DNA of 64,000 nucleotides, from the sequence record SRR20825010_2151. One strand, given 5' to 3'. The translations under genes and the position numbers were made by a program. Positions 8,817 through 18,129 of the stretch are shown in pieces (within the stretch, counting starts at the first letter, position 1; each line of letters begins with the position of its first letter). The notes under the pieces are model-generated. The model was not told the origin of the DNA, searched no databases, and saw only the letters and a list, made by a program, of their open reading frames with translations.

Positions 8817-10580
8817 TTACACTGCGTAAATCTTCTCTATTAGATCCGCATATTTTTCTTTTATGATTCGCCTTTTTAGCTTTAACGTTGGCGTGAGTTC
8901 CCCTGAAGCAATACCCCATTGGTCATTCAGGATTTCAAACTTTTTTACCTGTTCCCAATGACCAAAACTCTGATTTGTAGCGTCTACCTCTGCCTGAAAC
9001 TTAGTCATGACCTCGTCATTCTTGAGCAAATCAGGATCGGTTTTATTTAACCCATGGCGGTCTGCCCAAGCTCCAACAGCTTCTAAATTCGGAACGATAA
9101 GGGCCGCTGGAAATTTTCGATTTTCACCAATGACCATAACCTGTTCTATTAGAACGGATTCTTTCAGCTTATTTTCCATTACCTGGGGAGCAATATATTT
9201 GCCCCCAGAGGTTTTAAACATTTCCTTTTTTCGATCAGTGATTCTTAAAAAACTCTCATCGGTTAATTCGCCAATATCTCCAGTATGAAACCATCCATCT
9301 ACAATAACCTCATCCGTTTTCTCTTGGTCTTTATAGTAACCCATCATTACGTTAGGGCCTTTCACCAAAATTTCTCCGTCATTGGCAATTTTAACTTGAA
9401 CACCCGTAAGAAGCGGACCAACGTAATCAAGCTTGGCTTGAGTTGGATCTGGCATACCAATACTAATACCAGGCGATGTTTCGGTTAGTCCATATCCTTC
9501 GAGTATTTTAATATCGGCCGCCCAAAAAACTCTCTTTAGACGAGGCTGAATTGCTGATGCCCCGACAATAATGTGACGTACATTTCCGCCTAGAGCAGCC
9601 TGCCATTTACTGAAAATGAGCTTTCGAGCAATTTTCAACTGAAGGTCGTATACAAAACCCATTGGTTGATCTGGGTTATATTTAAGACCCAAGTTTACAG
9701 CCCAAAAGAAAAGTTGTTTCTTTATTCCCGACAGGGCAAAACCTTTGGCAATGATCTTGTCGTAAATTTTTTCGATAAGCCTAGGAACAGTGTTAAATCC
9801 GTGCGGTTTAATTTCTTGTAAATTCTCACTTATGGTCTCTAAGCTTTCGGCATAATGAATGGACAAGCCAAGCTGAAAGTAGAAGTAAATAGCGGTGCGT
9901 TCAAAAATATGGCACAATGGCAAAAAACTAAGGACTCTGTCATGACCATTGTTATATTCTGCCCTTTCAGAAACCGCTATGGCATTAGAAATAATGTTCT
10001 TATGATTCAGCATTACACCTTTTGGTCTACCTGTTGTGCCTGAGGTGTAAATAATGGTGACAAGGTCGAACTCATTTACTTGAGCCTTCCTTTTTTCCAT
10101 TTCTTCCTTTTGTTCTTCAGAACCTGAAGTCAGAAGGGTGGACCAGTGCTCCGTAACTGTAGATTCATCAAAAATATAGATGTCTAAATCCAAGTTTGCT
10201 TTTGCCGCTCCATTTTTCGCCTTTTGATATATTTCTTCGGTAGAAACAAAAACGAGTTTACTTTCAGAATGCTCAAAGATAAAAGCATAATCGTCTTCAG
10301 AAATGGTTGGGTACATCGGAACACTGATGGCTCCAATTTGCTGAATGGCTATATCTGCAAAGTTCCATTCAGTTCTGTTTTCACTTATTATAGCTACTTT
10401 TTCTCCTGCTTGAATTCCCTTGCTCATCAGCCCAAAAGAAAGTTGAGTAGATTTTTCTATGACCTCATGGGTTGAATACTTTCTCCATTTACCATCCTTT
10501 TTATCGGCAAGGCAAACATCAAGGTTATATTGTTCTAACTGCAGAGGTAGCAGTTCAAAAAGTCGGGTTGCAGTCTTCAT
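8817..10580 (-). CDS. Long-chain fatty acid-CoA ligase (AMP-dependent synthetase)
   Basis: YTSGTTGRPKG, EGYGLTETS, WFHTGDIG, TPTLKLKR. Confidence 0.93.
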   Translation of the reverse strand: MKTATRLFELLPLQLEQYNLDVCLADKKDGKWRKYSTHEVIEKSTQLSFGLMSKGIQAGEKVAIISENRTEWNFADIAIQQIGAISVPMYPTISEDDYAFIFEHSESKLVFVSTEEIYQKAKNGAAKANLDLDIYIFDESTVTEHWSTLLTSGSEEQKEEMEKRKAQVNEFDLVTIIYTSGTTGRPKGVMLNHKNIISNAIAVSERAEYNNGHDRVLSFLPLCHIFERTAIYFYFQLGLSIHYAESLETISENLQEIKPHGFNTVPRLIEKIYDKIIAKGFALSGIKKQLFFWAVNLGLKYNPDQPMGFVYDLQLKIARKLIFSKWQAALGGNVRHIIVGASAIQPRLKRVFWAADIKILEGYGLTETSPGISIGMPDPTQAKLDYVGPLLTGVQVKIANDGEILVKGPNVMMGYYKDQEKTDEVIVDGWFHTGDIGELTDESFLRITDRKKEMFKTSGGKYIAPQVMENKLKESVLIEQVMVIGENRKFPAALIVPNLEAVGAWADRHGLNKTDPDLLKNDEVMTKFQAEVDATNQSFGHWEQVKKFEILNDQWGIASGELTPTLKLKRRIIKEKYADLIEKIYAV

Positions 10581-10630
10581 AATAGTTGGCTAAAGTTGAT
10601 CAAGATAATAAAATCGGAGTGCAGTAAAAA

Positions 10631-12454
10631 TTAACCGAAGTCACCTCTTAGCTCTCTAAGTCTTTTTCTGGCTTCAGAAACAAAAATACTCCCCTTAAAT
10701 TTTTCGAGAAGCTGAAGGTAAACTTCCATTGCTTTTTCGTTTTCCTTTAAATCATCTTGCAAAATAATACCTGTGAGAAATAAGGCGTCATCACCCAGAA
10801 TTTCAAAATAATGCTTCTCATTTATTACTCCCAATGCCGTTAAGGCTTTATCAAAATGACCAAGTTCTCTTTCAGTTTTCGCCATTAAAAAATAGACTTC
10901 ATCAATAATTGAATGGTTAGGATATTTTTCAATCATTTGATTCAATGCTGCTATGGCTTCATTTTTTTGATTTTGGAAAAGCTGAAGTTCAATATTTGCG
11001 TACTCTTGCATCACCACATCGGTTGAATCAAAAACTGTATTGTTCTTAATTAAAATACTCAAGTTCAACGCATCGTTGGCAATTTCTCTGGACGTGGCCA
11101 GCTTCAGAATATCTAAGTGGCTTTGGGCAAGCTCAAACTCCCCTTTGAAGTAAGAAAGTTTCGCGCTCTTCAACTTAGCCTCATAACCCAACGGTTCGTC
11201 TTTAAACATTCTTTCCACCTGAGCATAGAGTAAGATGGATTCCCAGGGTTCTTCATTAAGTAGATATATATCTGCCAAGTCCATTTTTGATTCAGCAATT
11301 ACCCTGTGCTTACCAACAGGTTGATTCACGTTTTCGGTAAGAATTTGAATCGCCTTCGGAATTTCATTTAAGTAAAAGGCATAGAGATGAGCGACCCTTC
11401 GATTGGCATCAATGATATTAAAGACATCGCGTAAACTTTCTTTATAGTCCTCATATTTAACAATCAGACTTTTAATAGCTGTAGTATCTACCGGATAAGT
11501 TTCCTTCACCACTTCTTCATCGGCCATTAAGACATAGCGTGAGGCTAAATTCCGACTGGGGCTTTCGGGAAATTCCGCCAATACATAATCGAAAGCCTTT
11601 TGCGCAGTTTTGTATTCTAGGTTTCTAAAAGCAATGAGGCCAACGTTAATAATATTCTCTGCATTATTTTGAAGTCTTCTATCAAGCGCTCTAGCCTGCC
11701 GTAAGGCAGCGGAAAAATTTTTCTGTTGTAGGTGTGTCCAAACCAATAGATCATTGTAGATGGGGTTACCAGCGTCTTTCTGAATGAATTCATAGAGCGT
11801 AGTCTCAAGTGTATCTAAATCTTCAGGTTCAGTAAGTGCTCTTTGAAATGAGTTTTTAACATAGCTGAGATTTTGCGGCTGAGATTTTGAAAAAACGAGG
11901 TATTCCAAAACCATCTCTTGCTTTTGATTCATGAGTTGGTAAGCGTTGGCAAGCTCTAATGAAAACATATCAGGACGGTTCATTGCCTTTCTTCCTTCCT
12001 GATAAGTTTCCAGTGCCTTTTGCCTTAAGTTCTTCTCGAAGAACACCTGTGCTAAAAACCTGATGCCATTCGTCTTATTGTTCTCACCAGCATCTTTCGC
12101 CTGTTCGGCAATTATATCATTGAATACCTTCTCAGCTTTCTCCTCTTCCTTTTGACTTTTATACAACATACCTAAGTCAACTTTATAGAAGAAGTTATCT
12201 GGGTTATCCTTAATAGTACCCTTTAGGTATTTTTCAGCTTCGTTAAACTCTTCTTCGCTTAAAAGTAACTTCAGATAGTTATCGTGTATTCTCGAAATAT
12301 TCTCGTTGTCTTTCGCTAGTTTTTTATACTCCTTAAGTGCCTTCTCAAAATCTCCTTGTTCATAGTATTGATTGGCAAGTGCAATCGCATCGATTTGCGA
12401 AAAAGCAATAGTACTCATGAGTATCATAGAAAGTAAAAGAGCTGTTTTCCTCAT
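10631..12454 (-). CDS. Secreted tetratricopeptide repeat protein
   Basis: Signal peptide (MRKTALLLSMILMSTIAFSQ) followed by repeated helical TPR-like motifs; start chosen at MRKT (ORF track starts at 12475). Confidence 0.85.
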   Translation of the reverse strand: MRKTALLLSMILMSTIAFSQIDAIALANQYYEQGDFEKALKEYKKLAKDNENISRIHDNYLKLLLSEEEFNEAEKYLKGTIKDNPDNFFYKVDLGMLYKSQKEEEKAEKVFNDIIAEQAKDAGENNKTNGIRFLAQVFFEKNLRQKALETYQEGRKAMNRPDMFSLELANAYQLMNQKQEMVLEYLVFSKSQPQNLSYVKNSFQRALTEPEDLDTLETTLYEFIQKDAGNPIYNDLLVWTHLQQKNFSAALRQARALDRRLQNNAENIINVGLIAFRNLEYKTAQKAFDYVLAEFPESPSRNLASRYVLMADEEVVKETYPVDTTAIKSLIVKYEDYKESLRDVFNIIDANRRVAHLYAFYLNEIPKAIQILTENVNQPVGKHRVIAESKMDLADIYLLNEEPWESILLYAQVERMFKDEPLGYEAKLKSAKLSYFKGEFELAQSHLDILKLATSREIANDALNLSILIKNNTVFDSTDVVMQEYANIELQLFQNQKNEAIAALNQMIEKYPNHSIIDEVYFLMAKTERELGHFDKALTALGVINEKHYFEILGDDALFLTGIILQDDLKENEKAMEVYLQLLEKFKGSIFVSEARKRLRELRGDFG

Positions 12455-12475
12455 AGTTGTTAACATTTTCAACAC

Positions 12476-12846
12476 GGTAGTAATTAAAGATAGTTAATTG
12501 ATTAAAGATAATTACTCTCTATTAAGACTGTGGATATGTGTATAACTTCATTAATCACATTTTGTGTTTAGATCTGTGAACAACTTGTATACTTGTTTAA
12601 GGTTATGAACATCTTATTAACTTTCAAAATATTGATTGATAAGTACTTACAAAATTTGATGCAATAGTCCGTTATTTTGTGGATAAGAAATAAAGACTTT
12701 TGAATTGTGGATGAGGTTTTGAAAATTACTTGAAAGGTTAAGGCTTTATCCACTTGGGCCTATCTTGTTAGGGAACTATGTTAATGAGTGTGGATGGTGG
12801 TCTCTCTATCCTCTTTCTTATTCACAGTTAATCGTTGTTATTCACA
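12476..12846. other. Putative chromosomal replication origin oriC
   Basis: TTATNCACA matches at 12537-12545(-), 12678-12686(-), 12818-12826(+), 12838-12846(+); near matches at 12529, 12551, 12575, 12706, 12746; AT-rich tract 12476-12525; IHF-like site 12625-12637; near mnmG and parS. Confidence 0.85.
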
Positions 12847-14465
12847 GAGTATGAAATGTTAATATCGCCTATTTCCCAGTTCTTCTTAACGCTTATATTT
12901 TTGCTTTTCGAAGATGGATCGGTGTAGAAAATTATGGTTTCTGAGGACATTCTTGTCAGGATATTTCCGACATCTAGCATTTTATTGTGGTTATTATCTA
13001 CGATCATTCTTACTTTATAATTACCTGCGTCAAGATTATCGAAAGTGTATTTTTTGACATTGTATAATTCACGAATTACTTTTCCTTGATTGTTTAATAA
13101 CTGAAGGATAAAGTTGGGTGCATCAGTCGTAATGGTTCCATCTATGATACCAGAGTCTTCTGATTTGGCTACTTGAAATGTTTTTTGAATCAAGGACGAT
13201 GTATCAGATTCGATACTAATGAATGCACGCGATTCGAAGATAGCCTTGAACTGTTCACCAGGTTTAATGAAATTACTCGCATTTAATAACCAGGATATCT
13301 GTGTTTTGGAACTGTTCCACGTGAGCAGTGAATCGGGTAAAGAAAACTTATTTAGACTATCCTTTTGTAGAATAACTTTTTCAGCTTGATAAGAAGTGAT
13401 GGGTTTGTTGAACGTCACTTTCAATTCGAAATTATTTGTAACGTATGATGAGGATGGGGAGATTTCTTGACTGAGTTTATCTCCTTCCAAATCAGAATCA
13501 TTAAAGTAGAGTTTTATGTTTTGCTTTAAATTACTGTTAATGGAATCATTTGCGTTGACTACAACTTTTGTTGAATCACCATAGGTTGCCTTCGTATTGT
13601 AAATACGGATCTTATCAGGTGCATAGAGATGATGAACTAAGGGAGTATTATTATCTGATTCTAATTGATATGAAGTGATGGGTTTGTTGAAAGTAATGTC
13701 GTAGTATTTTCCGAAATGACGGTTTGTCTTAATGGATAATGGAAGGACGTTGAGTCGCTGTAAGGAGAATGAAAGTTGCGAAGTGTTTTCATTAAGCTTA
13801 ACTGTATCTTTCAAAAAACCATATAACTCTTTATCGGTATCTGCCTTTGAGTTGTTGTTTTTATCGAGAGCAGCATAAACCAAGAAGCTTCCGGAAGGTA
13901 GATTTTGAAATTTATAGTTACCAGCGGTATCTGTTTTTGTGAGGTATAGTGCTGTGCCTGATGTTATGTTCAAGGTGTCATTGGCTGGATATAAAGATAC
14001 CAATGCTTGTTTCACGGGTTCTGCAGTGTAGAGGTTTGTTATTTTTCCTGAAAGGGTTAAGGAATCAATGGTTGCTCCTGTGGAAAAGCTGAGGTAAAGA
14101 TTCGATGGCACATTTCCTTCGTTAAGGTCCTGAATAGTATTTCCGAAGTTGAAGGAATAAGTTGTGTTCTCTCTCCAAGTACTATCGAATAGGAGTTGAA
14201 CAGTATTACGCTTAATTCGAGTTTTGAAATTGCCTTCAATGGAAGGTGTAATGATTAGATTATTCTCAATGGATTTAGTGGTTACAGCCTCATCAAATAC
14301 AAGGGTAATGGTCTTTTCATTGAATAGGGTTTGACCATCTTTTGGACTAGAAGTTACTAGTACAGGTGGGTCTTTATCTTCGGGTCCACCAGTTGGTGAT
14401 GACACGCGAGCACAACCCAATAGTGATAATAGTATGAGAATGAAAAGGGTCTGTATTCTGGTCAT
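12828..14465 (-). CDS. Ig-like (Big_5-type) domain lipoprotein
   Basis: Lipobox LLGC, PTGGPEDKDPP motif, beta-rich Ig-like segments. Confidence 0.8.
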   Translation of the reverse strand: MTRIQTLFILILLSLLGCARVSSPTGGPEDKDPPVLVTSSPKDGQTLFNEKTITLVFDEAVTTKSIENNLIITPSIEGNFKTRIKRNTVQLLFDSTWRENTTYSFNFGNTIQDLNEGNVPSNLYLSFSTGATIDSLTLSGKITNLYTAEPVKQALVSLYPANDTLNITSGTALYLTKTDTAGNYKFQNLPSGSFLVYAALDKNNNSKADTDKELYGFLKDTVKLNENTSQLSFSLQRLNVLPLSIKTNRHFGKYYDITFNKPITSYQLESDNNTPLVHHLYAPDKIRIYNTKATYGDSTKVVVNANDSINSNLKQNIKLYFNDSDLEGDKLSQEISPSSSYVTNNFELKVTFNKPITSYQAEKVILQKDSLNKFSLPDSLLTWNSSKTQISWLLNASNFIKPGEQFKAIFESRAFISIESDTSSLIQKTFQVAKSEDSGIIDGTITTDAPNFILQLLNNQGKVIRELYNVKKYTFDNLDAGNYKVRMIVDNNHNKMLDVGNILTRMSSETIIFYTDPSSKSKNISVKKNWEIGDINISYSVNNND

Positions 14466-15343
14466 TTTCTGAGAATATAAATTAAGCTACTGTATTCGCC
14501 ATTGCTTGTTGCTTTCCGGTTAGATTTGAATCCATTCAATAACCCACGAACTAGTGTCATAGAAGTACCCGCATATTTTTCTGAAAGCATACTTACGTAA
14601 AAGGAATCGAATACCATTGGTTCGATTTTATCAATTTTTAGGCCATGTTCTTGTGCTAAGTGTTTCACGGAGTTTCGATCGAAATGATATAGATGTCTGG
14701 GTACATCATAACCTGCCCAATGCTGCTGGTAATGTTCAGCATCAAAAGATTTGTGGTTGGGAAGGGCGAGTAATAAGATTCCGTTTGGTTTGAGTTGCTT
14801 TATAAGTAACTCAAGCACTGTGTTAAGATCATGCACGTGTTCCAAAACATGAAATAATGTGATTACATCGTAAGTATTAAGTTGAATTGATTCTAAATTA
14901 TGTAAAATTAATTTTTGAATTGATTGATTATTATGGGCTAATGCATTTTGGTCTGGTTCGTATCCTTTAGAAACCCATCCCCTCTTTGAAGTATAGTCTA
15001 TGAAATGGCCTGTCCCGGAACCATAGTCCAAATGATGTATTTCTGCATTGTGGCCAAGTAATGATTGAATGAGTCTATACTTTTTACGAAGTGTATATGA
15101 TCGCACCAGTTTGTATAGAATACTGGAGATGCTTTTTGTTTTGTTGGAATGAGAGATATAATCGGTTGACTTATAATAAGGGCCAATTTCTGCTTGTATT
15201 GGTCGTGGATTAGTAAAGACCAAATGGCATGAAGAACACTCCATCAGTTCGAATACTTCATGACTCAAAAAGTGATCACTGATTGTTGAATGATGTTCAA
15301 AATGAGGATTGCCGCAAAGTGGACATTGTTCTAAGTTTTCCAT
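14462..15343 (-). CDS. Class I SAM-dependent methyltransferase with N-terminal Zn-ribbon
   Basis: CPLC...CSSC, LDYGSGTG, YDVITLFHVLEHV, YDVPRHL. Confidence 0.9.
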   Translation of the reverse strand: MENLEQCPLCGNPHFEHHSTISDHFLSHEVFELMECSSCHLVFTNPRPIQAEIGPYYKSTDYISHSNKTKSISSILYKLVRSYTLRKKYRLIQSLLGHNAEIHHLDYGSGTGHFIDYTSKRGWVSKGYEPDQNALAHNNQSIQKLILHNLESIQLNTYDVITLFHVLEHVHDLNTVLELLIKQLKPNGILLLALPNHKSFDAEHYQQHWAGYDVPRHLYHFDRNSVKHLAQEHGLKIDKIEPMVFDSFYVSMLSEKYAGTSMTLVRGLLNGFKSNRKATSNGEYSSLIYILRK

Positions 15344-15346
15344 TCC

Positions 15347-17212
15347 TTATCGACCCATATATACCATAAGAACTGAAATATCTGCTGGAGAAACACCACT
15401 GATTCTAGAAGCTTGGCCGATGGTGGAAGGCTTGATTTTTTTGAACTTCTCACGTGCTTCTGCGGATAAAGCGCTGATGGAATCAAAATCAAAGTCATTT
15501 TGAATAGCGTGATTTTCCAAGCTACTGATCTTGTCTGCTAGCTTTTCCTCTTTGTCTATGTAGTCTTCGTATTTGATAAGAATATCAACTTGCTCCAGTA
15601 TTTCAGGGTCGTACTTTGCTAAGTAGTCAGCCAATTCTTCATCAAAAGAAGGTAGATCGTATATGTTAATTTGAGGACGCTTTAACAGTTTTGCATAGTT
15701 TGTCCGATGCTCTATTGTGGCAGTTCCAAGTGCAGCAAGAGCAGGGTTGGCCTTATCAGGATCAATCTTCTTTTGTCGAATGTCGTTCAATAACTTCGAC
15801 ACAGACTTCTTTTTCTCTTCTACAATTTTGAGTCTTTCGTCCGAAGCCAAACCTAGCTTATGACCTTTTGCAGTGAGGCGAATGTCTGCATTGTCTTGAC
15901 GTAGAAGGATTCTATACTCAGCCCTAGACGTGAACATTCGATAAGGTTCGTCAGTGCCTTTGTTGATTAAGTCATCAATCAACACTCCGATATATGCTTC
16001 TGACCTTCCTAAAACAAAAGGGGCTTTATCGTGTGTTTTATTGTGTGCATTTATTCCAGCCATTAATCCTTGGCAGGCCGCTTCTTCATAACCTGTGGTG
16101 CCATTGATTTGACCAGCAAAGTATAGGTTCTGAATAAGGTTGGTTTCGAGCGTAGTACTCAACTGAGTTGGTGGAAAGTAATCGTACTCGATGGCATAAC
16201 CTGGCCTGAACATTTTGGCATTTTCGAAACCAGCGATTTTGCGAATTGCTTTGAACTGAACATCTTCAGGAAGCGATGTTGAAAATCCATTGACATAGAT
16301 CTCAACGGTATCCCAACCCTCAGGCTCAACAAAAACCTGATGCCTCGTTCTCTCAGCAAAACGATTGATTTTGTCTTCAATAGATGGACAATAGCGTGGA
16401 CCCAAACCTTGAATTCTACCATTGAACATTGGCGACCTGTCGAAACCGGTCTCTAATATTGCGTGTACTTCCGGGTTCGTATAGGTAATGTAGCAACTTC
16501 TTTGTTGTGCCAATGGAGTTGTTGATGGTGAAAAAGAGAACTTTCCGGGCACTTCATCTCCCTTCTGTTCTTCCATTTTTGAATAGTCTAAAGATCGACC
16601 ATCTACTCTGGGAGGGGTTCCTGTCTTCATTCTGCCGGACTCAAAGCCAAGCTGAACGAGTTGTTCGGTGATTCCTTTGGATGCTCCTTCTCCTGTTCTT
16701 CCGCCACCAAACTGCTTTTCTCCAATATGAATCAGGCCATTTAGGAAAGTACCATTGGTAAGGATTACAGATTTTGATCGAATCTCTATTCCCATTCCCG
16801 TGGTAATACCCACTGCAGTATTGTTTTCGACAATAATGCCAGTGACCATTTCTTGCCAAAAATCAACATTAGAATTACTCTCTAGTGCCAATCGCCACTC
16901 TTCAGCAAACCTCATTCTGTCACTTTGAGTACGCGGACTCCACATGGCCGGGCCTTTTGACTTGTTGAGCATCCTGAATTGGATCATGGATTTATCGGTA
17001 ACAATTCCCGACATGCCTCCAAGGGCATCAATTTCCCTGACGATTTGACCTTTGGCCACACCTCCCATGGCTGGGTTGCATGACATTTGGGCTATGGTAT
17101 TCATGTTCATGGTTACTAATAGAACCTTTGAACCCATAGTTGCGGCAGCGTTTGCAGCTTCGCATCCAGCGTGACCAGCACCAACAACTATGACATCGTA
17201 TTGATTGAACAT
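15347..17212 (-). CDS. mnmG: tRNA uridine-5-carboxymethylaminomethyl synthesis enzyme MnmG (GidA)
   Basis: GAGHAGCEAA, MSCNPAMGG, KTGTPPR, GPRYCPSIEDK, AGQINGTTGYEEAA. Confidence 0.98.
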   Translation of the reverse strand: MFNQYDVIVVGAGHAGCEAANAAATMGSKVLLVTMNMNTIAQMSCNPAMGGVAKGQIVREIDALGGMSGIVTDKSMIQFRMLNKSKGPAMWSPRTQSDRMRFAEEWRLALESNSNVDFWQEMVTGIIVENNTAVGITTGMGIEIRSKSVILTNGTFLNGLIHIGEKQFGGGRTGEGASKGITEQLVQLGFESGRMKTGTPPRVDGRSLDYSKMEEQKGDEVPGKFSFSPSTTPLAQQRSCYITYTNPEVHAILETGFDRSPMFNGRIQGLGPRYCPSIEDKINRFAERTRHQVFVEPEGWDTVEIYVNGFSTSLPEDVQFKAIRKIAGFENAKMFRPGYAIEYDYFPPTQLSTTLETNLIQNLYFAGQINGTTGYEEAACQGLMAGINAHNKTHDKAPFVLGRSEAYIGVLIDDLINKGTDEPYRMFTSRAEYRILLRQDNADIRLTAKGHKLGLASDERLKIVEEKKKSVSKLLNDIRQKKIDPDKANPALAALGTATIEHRTNYAKLLKRPQINIYDLPSFDEELADYLAKYDPEILEQVDILIKYEDYIDKEEKLADKISSLENHAIQNDFDFDSISALSAEAREKFKKIKPSTIGQASRISGVSPADISVLMVYMGR

Positions 17213-17229
17213 ATGATTTTTCTACTTGA

Positions 17230-17245
17230 TGTTTCACGTGGAACA
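17230..17245. promoter_or_regulatory. parS site 1
   Basis: TGTTTCACGTGGAACA matches the parS consensus TGTTNCACGTGAAACA on the reverse strand. Confidence 0.92.
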
Positions 17246-17266
17246 GTTCTGGTTGAACACTCGTTA

Positions 17267-17282
17267 TGTTTCACGTGGAACA
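17267..17282. promoter_or_regulatory. parS site 2
   Basis: Identical 16-mer TGTTTCACGTGGAACA. Confidence 0.92.
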
Positions 17283-17291
17283 GTTGATTCA

Positions 17292-17720
17292 CTAATTGAT
17301 TTGCAAAGATAGATAAGCTTCTTCTTTTTCTCTCATGAGCAGCTGCTCTTCTTCCGTCTTGTCATTATAGCCTATAAGGTGAAGCAATCCATGAGCAAGG
17401 ACCCTGTTGAGTTCATGTTCGAATGATACGTTTTGGTCTGAGGCGTTTTCAGTGACCCTGTCGATTGAAACGAAAATGTCGGATTCTATAGGGTCTTCTG
17501 GACTATCACGATTATCAAAGGTGATAATGTCGGTGTAATAGTCGTGATCTAAATATTCTTGATTGATTTTTAAGAGATAATCGTCTGTGCAGAATATATA
17601 ACTGATTTCTTCAATTAACTTGTTTTCTGACTCTGCGATACGTTCAAGCCAAAGCGTGATCTTTTCTTCTTGTTTCAGGCTGAAGTCTATGTCTTCAGAG
17701 AAGAAGCTAATGTTATCCAT
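17292..17720 (-). CDS. ybeY: rRNA maturation RNase YbeY
   Basis: TDIITF, HGLLHLIGYND metal-binding motif. Confidence 0.95.
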   Translation of the reverse strand: MDNISFFSEDIDFSLKQEEKITLWLERIAESENKLIEEISYIFCTDDYLLKINQEYLDHDYYTDIITFDNRDSPEDPIESDIFVSIDRVTENASDQNVSFEHELNRVLAHGLLHLIGYNDKTEEEQLLMREKEEAYLSLQIN

Positions 17721-18121
17721 TAATTGAGGTAGAAGGTAAGTTTAACTTCTTGGCCATTGTCTTTAAAGGTGACTTCATCGGCCAAATGCTTCATTAAGAA
17801 GATACCTCGCCCCCCTGGTTTTGTGAGGTTTTCAGGCGATGTTGGATCAGGTAAATCATTGATAACGAATCCGTTACCCTCATCTTTGATTAAAAAAGTA
17901 ACTGAAGTTTCATCGAGAATCATAGAGAGTTGTACAAACTTACTTTTTTCTAATTTATTACCATGAATAATGGCATTGTTCACGGATTCAAGAACGGCTA
18001 TCATGATGTTCCCGTAGAGATCATCGTCTAACTGATATTTGTCTTTAGCGTTGTCTATAAAACTTTCGACAATACGAATGTTCTCAACGAGAGATGGAAT
18101 TTCAATGCTAATAGTGTTCAT
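17720..18121 (-). CDS. RsbW-like HATPase_c protein (anti-sigma/Ser kinase fold)
   Basis: ESVNNAIIHGN, DEGNGF, PDPT, GGRGIFLM. Confidence 0.85.
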   Translation of the reverse strand: MNTISIEIPSLVENIRIVESFIDNAKDKYQLDDDLYGNIMIAVLESVNNAIIHGNKLEKSKFVQLSMILDETSVTFLIKDEGNGFVINDLPDPTSPENLTKPGGRGIFLMKHLADEVTFKDNGQEVKLTFYLN

Positions 18122-18129
18122 GTAGAGAA

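Noticed and set aside
13313-13328. parS-like TGTTCCACGTGAGCAG inside the Ig-like gene
   Set aside because: Only 12/16 match with one half-site broken; likely coding coincidence.
17230-17285. Mini CRISPR array
   Set aside because: Only two 16-19 nt units that match the parS consensus, and no cas genes.
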